From the IMG/VR virus record IMGVR_UViG_3300031669_000010, positions 23,422 to 87,421 of that record: a DNA stretch of 64,000 nt, one strand, 5' to 3'. Each line of letters starts with the position of its first letter. Within the stretch, counting starts at the first letter, position 1. The stretch is from a virus (Duplodnaviria > Caudoviricetes). A model generated the notes under the pieces. That model saw only the letters and a list, made by a program, of their open reading frames with translations, made no database searches and was not told where the DNA came from. Of this stretch, positions 10,364 to 19,448 are shown in pieces. A program made the position numbers and the translations under genes.

Positions 10364-11410
10364 ATGAGTCAAGTTCGAATCGTAAATTGGCTGCTCACAA
10401 GAAGGTGTAATCTAAAATGTGAGTATTGTGCCATTGTTAAAAACTATAAGGGTAAACCGTCTAGTTATCCGGATATGAGACATTATATCAAACATGAAAT
10501 GCCAACCAATGTAGTCATTAATGCATTAAAGGGATTCAAGATTCATAATCCGAATGTATTTCATATATTCTATGGTGGCGAGCCATTGCTAAGACCTGAT
10601 CTTGCAGACATCATAAATTATTGTAATGAAAATGAAATCTACTATACAGTAATCAGCAACAATACTTCAGGCATTCAAGATCGTATAAGAATGCTATTTG
10701 ACAAAGTTGAATACATTGAGGGGTTCACAAGTTCTGTTGATCCAATCTTCAATGAAATTGGTGCTAAAGAAGACAGAGTCAAAAAGAGTATTGAAGGTCT
10801 GAGGCGATTAAAAGAAATTCAAGCTGCTGGAAAAGTGAAAGATGTTGTTGCTGAAATAACAGTTATGAAACACAATCAAGATCTTTTATACAGACTCATC
10901 CGAGAGTTGAGTGATGAGGAAATATATAGTGATATTACATTCGTTGATATTGCAAAAACTAAGTATTATGATTTTTCAAATGTCTTGGATGAAACATTTT
11001 TAGTTAGACCAACATTTGAACTAGCAGAAGAGTTGATCGACATTATAACTGATAATCGTTTATTGGTTCATATGAAGGACATTCTAATACCTAAGATGTT
11101 CGATACACTTCCATCGAATTTTGACTGTGAGATTGAAAAGGGTTTGCATAACTTGACAATTGATGCTGATGGTTCAATCAGATTGTGTTTAAGAATTAGG
11201 GGTATTGCATCTCCTTCATACAATGTGACTGAACTATTTGATCCAACATATCCTGAACTTATTTCTGCGGATGTGTATAGTGCAATAAAAGGTGATAAGA
11301 AGCACTACTGTTCGTTGTGTAACCATTCCTGTTTAATGATGAGTCAGTATTTTGATACAACTAATGAGGAAGTGGATACACTAATACATTCCGATAAACG
11401 GAGGGAGTAA
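10364..11410 (+). CDS. Radical SAM protein with C-terminal Cys (SPASM/twitch-like) extension
   Basis: CNLKCEYC, YGGEPLLR, C-terminal C...IDADGSIRLC...CSLCNHSC. Confidence 0.88.
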   Translation: MSQVRIVNWLLTRRCNLKCEYCAIVKNYKGKPSSYPDMRHYIKHEMPTNVVINALKGFKIHNPNVFHIFYGGEPLLRPDLADIINYCNENEIYYTVISNNTSGIQDRIRMLFDKVEYIEGFTSSVDPIFNEIGAKEDRVKKSIEGLRRLKEIQAAGKVKDVVAEITVMKHNQDLLYRLIRELSDEEIYSDITFVDIAKTKYYDFSNVLDETFLVRPTFELAEELIDIITDNRLLVHMKDILIPKMFDTLPSNFDCEIEKGLHNLTIDADGSIRLCLRIRGIASPSYNVTELFDPTYPELISADVYSAIKGDKKHYCSLCNHSCLMMSQYFDTTNEEVDTLIHSDKRRE

Positions 11411-11413
11411 ACT

Positions 11414-11755
11414 ATGGCAGACGAACCTACAAAAGATTCTGTAGATAGTGACATAATTGTTAGCGCAATAATGTTCTGGAAAAAGGTATACGAAGAGAAA
11501 GAAGTCATTATCAAATTTATAAAAAAAGATAAGACTAATCGAATCATGAGATGTACCTTAGATTTCAAAAAGATTCCTGTGAAAGATCAACCCAAAAGTG
11601 TCAACATTGAAGTCATTCTAAGATTAATTCAGAAAAACAAAATCATGCATGTTTATGATCTTGATAAAAAAGCATGGCGTTCGGTTCCGTTCGATAGGGT
11701 TGAATATATGGATACAAAGAATCGACGATATTTCACAAAGAAACAACCAGTATAA
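11414..11755 (+). CDS. Small SH3/WYL-like phage protein
   Basis: FIKKDKTNRIMRCTLD...VYDLDKKAWRSVPFDRV pattern. Confidence 0.65.
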   Translation: MADEPTKDSVDSDIIVSAIMFWKKVYEEKEVIIKFIKKDKTNRIMRCTLDFKKIPVKDQPKSVNIEVILRLIQKNKIMHVYDLDKKAWRSVPFDRVEYMDTKNRRYFTKKQPV

Positions 11756-11767
11756 AGGAGAATACAA

Positions 11768-12148
11768 GTGGGAATCTTAAGAGAAATTCTCAAGGAAATC
11801 AAGTCCGACGATAACCTTGAGAAAGTAAGAATACTATGTGATCAAATAATCAAAGAGGAAAAAGATAATGTTGTACATTATCAAATACTTCCGAAAGGTC
11901 CAAATCTATTTCTTGTATTAGAAGTTCCTGGAAGAATTAAAGATGAGATTGCCTTTCTTGCGCTTGAACGTGAGAGCGAAGATCTTTGGTTATGTGTATT
12001 ATTTATTACAACTATGAAGGAGTATGCATTAAGAGAAAAGAATCCTCCTTCAATAAAGAGGCAAAGGGTCTGGGAGATCAATGATCATAGACCAGAAAAG
12101 GTCTTAACTGAATATGCAAAACGTTACAAATTTCTACGAGGTGAATAA
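11768..12148 (+). CDS. Hypothetical protein
   Basis: GTG start with AAGGAG RBS; stop abuts the E2-like gene. Confidence 0.65.
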   Translation: MGILREILKEIKSDDNLEKVRILCDQIIKEEKDNVVHYQILPKGPNLFLVLEVPGRIKDEIAFLALERESEDLWLCVLFITTMKEYALREKNPPSIKRQRVWEINDHRPEKVLTEYAKRYKFLRGE

Positions 12149-14746
12149 ATGTTAAATGGGTATCTAACAGATGAAATCCGAATTAATTCTAAATATGCAC
12201 ATGTATATAGATCTGAATATCCCGATAACCTTGAATCAGATTCTATTCCAATTGTTCATAGACATTCTTTGTTGACAGAAGATTATCTGCGACGCATGAC
12301 AAGTGGAATTTCTGGAAATGGAATGAGTATTCTTCCTCCAAATTGCAGATACATTGAAAATGTAAAACAAGGTAATATTGTGATAATTGAAGAACCTCCT
12401 GCATTTAGAACAATTTCAATCTATATGAGCTTTACTAAGGAAGTTGAAAGATTGAAGGCGGAAGGAAAACTTGCTGAGTATGGTTTTGATGAAGATTTTG
12501 CAAGAGAGTCAATGGCCAAAAGATTCACTCTAGCATTTCCATATGTCATATTTATTTTATACTTCACAAGATACAATGAATTGTCCTGTGGCCAAGCATA
12601 TCTGAGAGTAGCTAGACTTTCAGGCCTATCTGATTACCTTCTAAAAATACCACTCACAAACATTGCAGAGAGTCAGTATATCTGTTTTGGTTCTAAGGCT
12701 GGTGGTTCGGCAGAAACATTAAATGCAGGTGTTGAAAAAGTAATCGACGTATTTTGGGGAGCTGAGTTTAACACCGACTATACATATAACTATACTGCAT
12801 ATAGAGATATTGCCGGCGTAAATTCTTATATGGAATGGCAAGCATTGTCAGCAAGTAATCCCATGTTCATTTATAATGTTGATTGGATGAAGATTCCAAT
12901 GAATATTGGGCAGGCCCTTGATGAAGTAAAACGCCATTATAAACTGTCAAGTTCGTCTGATATACAATATAAAAATCTTTCCAGTATGTTTTCAGTACCT
13001 CTGGATTCAGGAAAGGATGAGGCTCCAACTAAGAGATCTCGAAAGAAATATAGATTGTTTTATGATGTTGCCCAAGGTATATTTCTTGATGAGAATTACT
13101 ATGTCCATGTGGGTGATTCGTTCCAAAACAAAAGTGGGACGATGTTTTTCATCAACTCCTTTATTAGTTTTGCAGACAGTGGTGATGTTAAATATGTCCG
13201 CGTTGAAAGAGAAGACGGAAGACTTATCGTATTAAAATTTACCAAATCAGTCTCACACTATTTAAAAGAGCGAACTAAAGCTCTTCGTTATGAAGCAGAA
13301 GGAATTCTGAAAAATGGTGTTGTCGTTAAAGAGAATGATATTATCAAACTGACAAATGCAATTGGAGATGCGGTATATAAGAAAGTCACTTTCATTCGTA
13401 AATCCCAAGAGGGATTCCACGAAGGACGGTTTGGTGATGGATTTTACATTCTAGAAAACACCGAAGGTGAAGTATATGATGTTACAAATCCAGAATATCG
13501 AGGTATTAAACTGAAGAAAAATACAGATTATCTGTACATGAAAACTGAAAATGAGGTACCATTCAACCAAGGGTGTATTGTAAATTTCACAGGCATAGAA
13601 GCAGATAATCGTGGAAGATTAAATATCGACATGACTCACAAAGACAATGATTTTAGAGGGAGTCCGTACAAAATTCCATTGAATCAGTCAAACTCAAACA
13701 TACGACTGTATGAAATGGATCAAGTTAAACCTCTACCACCTGTTTTCAGACTTGGTCGAAAGTTATTAGTCAACAGAAAGAATGATAGAAATCTGTATGA
13801 AAATTCTGTCTTCGGAACTCCGTATGGTATTATATACGATTCTGGATATGGTAATATGGATAAAGCGAATCCCGATGAAATAAAGAAATACATGCTTGGG
13901 GAAGATAAATTCCAAGTTAAAAGTTTCGATTTAGACATTGAGTTTAATATAGGAGATAAGGTTGTCGTGGCTGATTTTGAAAATCCGATCAATATGCTTT
14001 CAGTGAAAACCATTCAGGGGTTTAAGTTCACAGAAGGAGTTGGAGATATTCATTTCATATTAGCAGATAAACAGGGCAACCTACAACAAGAAGAATATGT
14101 GAAAGGAAGATATGGAACAATTCATACCGGCAGAATTAGAAAGATTTCAAATGTTTTTGGTGAACTGACAGCTGGAACAAAGATCAAATCTAATATAGCT
14201 GGATTCCCACACTTCGCAAAAAAAGACACAAATATTATCATTGGTTTTCTGACTGATACAGGAGGACCAGATCCATTGGTTCTATGCTCCAATTGCTGTA
14301 CAATGTGGTATAGAGATGTGGTGGAATGCTTTAAACATATTCCAATAAAGTCAGCTGAATGGGCGAAAACAGCACATTCTCCAATTGATGTAGCTAAGAT
14401 TAAATATCAACCAGGTGACATTCTTATAGGAACTGGTAGTAGCGATTATAGATCCAATACCGGATGGTTGTTATTTAAGGTCACTGGCTCAAACAGTATT
14501 AAAGCGATGGATTTTAATTACTATAATGCATGGCCAGATTATTTCACTCTGGATAGATATATTACGACTAATTCAAAATTTGATTGTATCCCTAACCCAC
14601 GAATCGGTCCCAAGGCTCAAAGTGAGATGGAAATAATTCGATCATGGCCGAATATGCATGGTTATTATTTTTCATGTGATAAAGCCAAATTCCGATTCCT
14701 AAACGATGAGAGGAGTATGGTGAATGTTCAAAGTAGTTCTGAATGA
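12149..14746 (+). CDS. Prokaryotic E2-like protein (family D/PRTRC-B-like) with long C-terminal extension
   Basis: LAFPYVIF...IPLTNIAESQYICFG (Cys179)...FWGAEFNTD; directly upstream of JAB, E1 and Ubl. Confidence 0.75.
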   Translation: MLNGYLTDEIRINSKYAHVYRSEYPDNLESDSIPIVHRHSLLTEDYLRRMTSGISGNGMSILPPNCRYIENVKQGNIVIIEEPPAFRTISIYMSFTKEVERLKAEGKLAEYGFDEDFARESMAKRFTLAFPYVIFILYFTRYNELSCGQAYLRVARLSGLSDYLLKIPLTNIAESQYICFGSKAGGSAETLNAGVEKVIDVFWGAEFNTDYTYNYTAYRDIAGVNSYMEWQALSASNPMFIYNVDWMKIPMNIGQALDEVKRHYKLSSSSDIQYKNLSSMFSVPLDSGKDEAPTKRSRKKYRLFYDVAQGIFLDENYYVHVGDSFQNKSGTMFFINSFISFADSGDVKYVRVEREDGRLIVLKFTKSVSHYLKERTKALRYEAEGILKNGVVVKENDIIKLTNAIGDAVYKKVTFIRKSQEGFHEGRFGDGFYILENTEGEVYDVTNPEYRGIKLKKNTDYLYMKTENEVPFNQGCIVNFTGIEADNRGRLNIDMTHKDNDFRGSPYKIPLNQSNSNIRLYEMDQVKPLPPVFRLGRKLLVNRKNDRNLYENSVFGTPYGIIYDSGYGNMDKANPDEIKKYMLGEDKFQVKSFDLDIEFNIGDKVVVADFENPINMLSVKTIQGFKFTEGVGDIHFILADKQGNLQQEEYVKGRYGTIHTGRIRKISNVFGELTAGTKIKSNIAGFPHFAKKDTNIIIGFLTDTGGPDPLVLCSNCCTMWYRDVVECFKHIPIKSAEWAKTAHSPIDVAKIKYQPGDILIGTGSSDYRSNTGWLLFKVTGSNSIKAMDFNYYNAWPDYFTLDRYITTNSKFDCIPNPRIGPKAQSEMEIIRSWPNMHGYYFSCDKAKFRFLNDERSMVNVQSSSE

Positions 14747-16310
14747 TGGGCAGAATGAAATGCCCGAAGACGATATTTATTATATTATTGGAAAGGAGGG
14801 TGTGTACCTCAAGAAGAAACTTGGGGTGATGGATAGTCTTGCACCTGTAAAAAATATCTCCATTTTGCAAAGTGTAATTTCATCTGCACAAATGCATATA
14901 ACACCCATACCAGGCATGTGGATTGCCAAAGTTATGAACTTCTTCCGCGAAGTTTATAAAGAGTATAGATCCGAAGCCATTGTTCTGTTGTTTTACAATG
15001 AGGAAACAGGACATCATAAAATTGTTCCCCCTCATCAAAAAGTTGCAGGAGCATCATGTGACTATGATAAAGGGATCACTATAGAAGGTTATACAATGAT
15101 CGGAACCATTCATAGTCACGGAAATATGTCAGCATTTCATTCCGGTACTGATGATAAAGACGAAGAACATTTTGATGGTCTTCATATGACATTTGGTGAT
15201 TTGGACGAAGACTATCCAAGTATATCAGCATCAATTGTGTCAAATGGTTTCCGGCAAATGATTGAACCAGAACAATATATTAAAGATTTGGTTTGTATGG
15301 CCGAGACAAATTCTGTTGATAATAAAGCTGTTAGAACGGTTTATAAATGGGTTGACGGGGTGCTTACTGAAGATGAAGAAGCTGCTCCAAAATATACCTA
15401 TCAATGGAAAAAGTTTGACAGGCGATATGATGTTACGTGCTCAGACCGTGAGAGAATCTTTAACAAGAAGTGGATGCGCATGGTCGAAAAGGGTACCTAT
15501 ACTTACAAGAGTTACAATGCTGGTTCCGGTTACAGAAGTCTATATGGATGGACTGGTCATGGATGGGGTCAAAATTATGATCGTGGTGCATGGTCCCAAG
15601 CTGGTCGACTCCTACCACCCGGAGCACAAACACAAACGAAAGGTGTACCTCCTCAGAACGTTGGCGTTACAGTTAAACCTCTTGAATTTCCCCCGCATAC
15701 ACAAGATGGAGACTTTATGCCTTGCGTGACATGTACTCATAGAATGTGCAAACTTACCTCTGAAATTGAAGAGGATGATTTTGAAGAAATGTATTATTGT
15801 GAGAAGTGTGGAGAGATTGTTAAGGAGGACGCAGATTTGGTCATTATATGTTCAACATGTAAAACCGATGATCATCTTATTCTCTTAGATAAAGATGATC
15901 TATTGACCAATCAATATATACCAGGTGATGAATACGACCACATGTTTGACAGGGATTCTGCTGGAGTTATCAGACAAGAAGAAACCCTTTATGTTAAATG
16001 CAAAGAATGTGGTAATGGTTTCCATATGTTTGAGGACGATTCTATATGTCCTTTCTGTTATGCCCAAGTAAACGAGAGTTATTCCTCGGAAGATGCCTTA
16101 GAGGTTCAAACCGAAAACGATTCAGGGGCCTTTCTCAATCAAGAAACAGAAGACGCAAACAATGCAGCATTATTGGAAGCGGCGAATCGAGAAGATGAAA
16201 CGCTCGAAAGAATACCCGAACCAGGATCAAATGTAATACCGATACCTGAAAAGAAAGACACCGGTTTAGCAGCAATGTTCCGGAAAGTCTTCTCAAAGGA
16301 AAGAATATAA
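14724..16310 (+). CDS. JAB/JAMM metallopeptidase (PRTRC-A-like) with Cys-rich C-terminal region
   Basis: E84 plus H130-S-H132-x7-S140-xx-D143 JAMM motif; five CxxC pairs in the C-terminal half. Confidence 0.9.
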   Translation: MFKVVLNDGQNEMPEDDIYYIIGKEGVYLKKKLGVMDSLAPVKNISILQSVISSAQMHITPIPGMWIAKVMNFFREVYKEYRSEAIVLLFYNEETGHHKIVPPHQKVAGASCDYDKGITIEGYTMIGTIHSHGNMSAFHSGTDDKDEEHFDGLHMTFGDLDEDYPSISASIVSNGFRQMIEPEQYIKDLVCMAETNSVDNKAVRTVYKWVDGVLTEDEEAAPKYTYQWKKFDRRYDVTCSDRERIFNKKWMRMVEKGTYTYKSYNAGSGYRSLYGWTGHGWGQNYDRGAWSQAGRLLPPGAQTQTKGVPPQNVGVTVKPLEFPPHTQDGDFMPCVTCTHRMCKLTSEIEEDDFEEMYYCEKCGEIVKEDADLVIICSTCKTDDHLILLDKDDLLTNQYIPGDEYDHMFDRDSAGVIRQEETLYVKCKECGNGFHMFEDDSICPFCYAQVNESYSSEDALEVQTENDSGAFLNQETEDANNAALLEAANREDETLERIPEPGSNVIPIPEKKDTGLAAMFRKVFSKERI

Positions 16311-17002
16311 TGAGCGATACTACTGAGCTTTATATTTCTGTTATTGGTCTTGGTGGGGTTGGAACTATTTTAATCGAAAGATTATGTAGATTCCTAAACT
16401 ATTCAAAAGATCTTACCGCAGAATTCCTTCTGGTGGACGGAGATGAGTATGAGCAGAAGAATTATGAAAGGCAGGAGTTTTCAAGAATTGGAAACAAAGC
16501 CGATATAAAAGCCACCGAGTTGGAAATGAAGTTTAAAGATTTGCGGTTCGATACGCTCGAAGCCTTCATAGACGAATCAAATATTGAGAACGTTATTAAA
16601 GAAGGTGATATTGTTTTTCTATGTGTTGATAATCACAAATCCAGAATGATTGTTTCAAATTACTGTAAAAAATTACAAGATGTTATTTTAATTTCTGGCG
16701 GGAATGATTTCACAGATGGTAATGTACAGATTTACGTCCGGAAGGCGGGGGCCGATTTAACTCCGGATCTATGTGCATATCATCCTGAAATTGCAAATCC
16801 CGATGATAGGTTACCGCAAGAAATGAGCTGTCAAGAGCTCGCAAACTCAGATCCTCAGCTATACTTTGCTAATTTGGGGGTCGCTACTCTTATGTGTTGG
16901 GCTTTCTACAACGCTGTTGTTAGAGGGCAATATGAACGGTCTGAGGTTTACTTCGATCTTACAAGTATGACCACAGATGCAAAAATCCGAATGGTGAAAT
17001 AA
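16310..17002 (+). CDS. E1-like ThiF/MoeB adenylating enzyme
   Basis: GLGGVG, DGDEYEQKNYERQ, LCVDNHKSR, SGGN, SCQE (Cys174, putative catalytic) followed by QLYFAN. Confidence 0.9.
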   Translation: MSDTTELYISVIGLGGVGTILIERLCRFLNYSKDLTAEFLLVDGDEYEQKNYERQEFSRIGNKADIKATELEMKFKDLRFDTLEAFIDESNIENVIKEGDIVFLCVDNHKSRMIVSNYCKKLQDVILISGGNDFTDGNVQIYVRKAGADLTPDLCAYHPEIANPDDRLPQEMSCQELANSDPQLYFANLGVATLMCWAFYNAVVRGQYERSEVYFDLTSMTTDAKIRMVK

Positions 17003-17028
17003 AATAGAGAAGTAAGGAGATTAAAATC

Positions 17029-17493
17029 ATGGCTAGAAGTTTTTCGAGAGAAGCACTGGAAGAAAAGACGTCCAAGGAACTTAAAAGAATGTGTGTTGAT
17101 GAGCTCAATATCGTCGGCGTCACCAAGAAACCCAAGGACGATGTTATCAACGCCATTATGGCACAGTACGGCGCGGCATCTAAACCCGCTGCAATCGCCA
17201 AAGATACGAAGCTGACCGGTATCAAATTCACGGGTCAAAGTACCCTGACGAAACCGGATTCTCCGTTTGGCTCCCGTACAACCACAACCATTCATGTTTC
17301 CTGTGGTGCATCCTCAGGTAACTTCCCAGTAGCCGGCAAAACAGTGAAAGACGTTGGGGACTTCCTTCGTGAGGTTCTGAACGTGGATCGTCTGTCCACC
17401 GGACTGGTCAATGGTAAAGAAGTCGGCGCAGACTATATTCTGAGCTCCGGCGACAACCTGGAATTCCTGAAACCAGCAGGAAAAAAGGGTTAA
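17029..17493 (+). CDS. Ubiquitin-like (beta-grasp) protein with N-terminal Rho_N/HeH-like module
   Basis: C-terminal VSCGA...GKTVKDV...LVNGKEV..DYILSSGDNLEFLKPAGKKG*; N-terminal LEEKTSKELKRMC.DELNI.G.TK.PKDDVINAI. Confidence 0.85.
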   Translation: MARSFSREALEEKTSKELKRMCVDELNIVGVTKKPKDDVINAIMAQYGAASKPAAIAKDTKLTGIKFTGQSTLTKPDSPFGSRTTTTIHVSCGASSGNFPVAGKTVKDVGDFLREVLNVDRLSTGLVNGKEVGADYILSSGDNLEFLKPAGKKG

Positions 17494-17502
17494 AATAAAT
17501 GC

Positions 17503-17526
17503 GGAGGGAGCCTTCGGGTTCCCTCC
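17503..17526. other. Stable cUUCGg hairpin right after the Ubl gene
   Basis: GGAGGGAGCC-TTCG-GGTTCCCTCC; no U-tract on the + strand, so possibly a stabilising/processing hairpin or a minus-strand terminator. Confidence 0.7.
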
Positions 17527-17546
17527 CATACAAAGGACTGAAAAAT

Positions 17547-18146
17547 ATGAATCCAAATACACAAAGAATTCTTGCTGAGAATAGCATTGATAAAATTTCT
17601 TTTTATTTCATCAATAGCCCCATTGTAAATAATGCATTTACAGTGTGTATTCTCATAAACTCTTTTGAGAAGAGAATCGAAGCAAGAGGAGTTTCTATTT
17701 GTTCTCTCATGGATACTTTTTCCAAATCCGAAGGTAAGAATAAAGCGTTTGGACGTGCAGTTAAAGCTATCGCAAGGAGAGAAAATAACTGGAAGATTAA
17801 TGGGTCCGGTCGAGATGATGAATTTGTTCCACGGTCGTTCAAAGTGAAAACAGAAAAAGATGATGATGGTTTTAGGGGCGGAGTTGCACCCGAACTTCAA
17901 CGAATAAATCCACACCTGCCAATCAGAGTTCAAGATAGTGGTAGGTTTAAAAAATATTCATTTGAAATTCCTGCAAGTTATCCCATGAGACTGGCAAACT
18001 CTTTATTCAAATATAAGTCACACTACCGACCTGTTCCAGTTGGAGATGAAGAGAACGAGCTTCTTAAGAGGCTAACTATATTTACAGAACCAATCGAAAA
18101 TGAAAGTTCCAATTTACTTGTTTCAACATTTGGAATCGAAGATTAA
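17547..18146 (+). CDS. Hypothetical phage protein
   Basis: AAGGA RBS; ARGVSICSLMDTFSKSEGKNKAFGRA motif recalled from small phage proteins. Confidence 0.7.
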   Translation: MNPNTQRILAENSIDKISFYFINSPIVNNAFTVCILINSFEKRIEARGVSICSLMDTFSKSEGKNKAFGRAVKAIARRENNWKINGSGRDDEFVPRSFKVKTEKDDDGFRGGVAPELQRINPHLPIRVQDSGRFKKYSFEIPASYPMRLANSLFKYKSHYRPVPVGDEENELLKRLTIFTEPIENESSNLLVSTFGIED

Positions 18147-18160
18147 GGTTCTTAGTTCGA

Positions 18161-18195
18161 GGGGGGTTTCTAACAACCCCCCACATTTATTTTTT
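18161..18195 (+). terminator. Putative intrinsic terminator
   Basis: GGGGGGTT-TCTAAC-AACCCCCC followed by a T-rich tract. Confidence 0.7.
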
Positions 18196-18213
18196 AAAAG
18201 GAGACTATAAAAC

Positions 18214-19074
18214 GTGGTGTACAAAAATGTAGTAATAATTGGTCTCGGTACACTTGGTGGGTATATCGCAGAGGCTGTAACCAATTTAGACAGCACCGAA
18301 AAAATAGTAATAATAGACCACGATATAGTTGAACAGAAGAATTTGAAAAATTCCATATACAGGCAAATTGATATAGGAAGTCCTAAGGTAGAAGCTTTGA
18401 AAGATATTCTTCAACATGAACAACCAGATGTTGAAGTATGGGCGTTTCATGCAAAGTATGAAGAAGGCAAGACAAAAATTCCAAAAGAAGATTTGGTTAT
18501 TGATTGCAGGGACTTTACCTATAATAGACAAAGTGAAATTGATGCAAGATTCTATATATCATCAAGATATTTAATGGCTGATTTTAGAAAGAATATTAAA
18601 TACAAACAGCAGCAAGTAGGAAAATACATTTTACAATTATCAAGAAATGATTTGAGACATGCTGCGTCAATTGGTTCTATGTTAATTCATAGTAATACAA
18701 TTGAATCTCTAATAAAAAGCCAATCTGTTCAAAAATATGAACTCGATTATGTCAAACACACGGACAATTGTAGATATGACGTTGTGTATGAAAATGTAGT
18801 GGGGGAAGAAAAGTTTGTTAATCTCCCCGATAAGATCGTCCCAATTATGGAGATGAATCAAAAAGGGGATTTAACCATCTTTCTCGGAAGTAGAGTATAT
18901 CCAATTTCTGAATCAGTGATACCAATTAAAAGTTTGGTAAACAGTTCTGATGTGATCTCGAGTCTTGCATCTGTAGTTGCTTGCCAAACAGATTTCAATA
19001 ATTTTGTGATATCTATATTCAAGGAAAATAGTAATGTTTTTATTGAACTTATACCTGATACTGGAGCTGCGTGA
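18214..19074 (+). CDS. Second, divergent ThiF/E1-like protein
   Basis: IIGLGTLGG, DHDIVEQKNL, GSPKVEAL, VIDCRD; lacks the NLxRQ Arg. Confidence 0.78.
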   Translation: MVYKNVVIIGLGTLGGYIAEAVTNLDSTEKIVIIDHDIVEQKNLKNSIYRQIDIGSPKVEALKDILQHEQPDVEVWAFHAKYEEGKTKIPKEDLVIDCRDFTYNRQSEIDARFYISSRYLMADFRKNIKYKQQQVGKYILQLSRNDLRHAASIGSMLIHSNTIESLIKSQSVQKYELDYVKHTDNCRYDVVYENVVGEEKFVNLPDKIVPIMEMNQKGDLTIFLGSRVYPISESVIPIKSLVNSSDVISSLASVVACQTDFNNFVISIFKENSNVFIELIPDTGAA

Positions 19075-19448
19075 TGGAGATAATTAATCATGAGATAACA
19101 GACTATATCAGACCAAGGAAGTTGATTTTTAAAAATGAGATATTTACAATCACCAAATTAGCACAGAAGTTTGAAATTGCTAGTTATGTGATAAAAACTG
19201 TCAATGAAAAAATTGACATGGTTATATTAAACAATCCACATCCAAATGCAATACCAAGGAGTGGTGAGTTTTGTATACCAAATAACTTACGAAAATATGA
19301 GTTGACTCAAAACTCTAAAAATATGATTACTAGCATGTTATCATGCTTCAACTTAGACGATTGTTACTTCACACCTTGGGATGAAATAGAATATGAAAAA
19401 CAAGAGGTGATAGGAGCATATGGAAGAAAATCAGAAGATAACCAATGA
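19071..19448 (+). CDS. Small E2/UBC-like protein (putative)
   Basis: HPN(57-59)-x8-C68 (HPNAIPRSGEFC); overlaps the stop codon of the E1-like gene. Confidence 0.55.
   Translation: MMEIINHEITDYIRPRKLIFKNEIFTITKLAQKFEIASYVIKTVNEKIDMVILNNPHPNAIPRSGEFCIPNNLRKYELTQNSKNMITSMLSCFNLDDCYFTPWDEIEYEKQEVIGAYGRKSEDNQ

Noticed and set aside
10364-11410. Radical SAM protein as QueE
   Set aside because: It lacks the QueE-type F(I/V)RxxGCxxxCxxCDT context and is longer, with a SPASM/twitch-like tail; the same applies to 51407-52390
12149-17493. Canonical plasmid-type PRTRC cassette or CBASS/Bil defence island
   Set aside because: No ParB, CD-NTase or effector gene nearby, and the flanks are phage genes with the same RBS style
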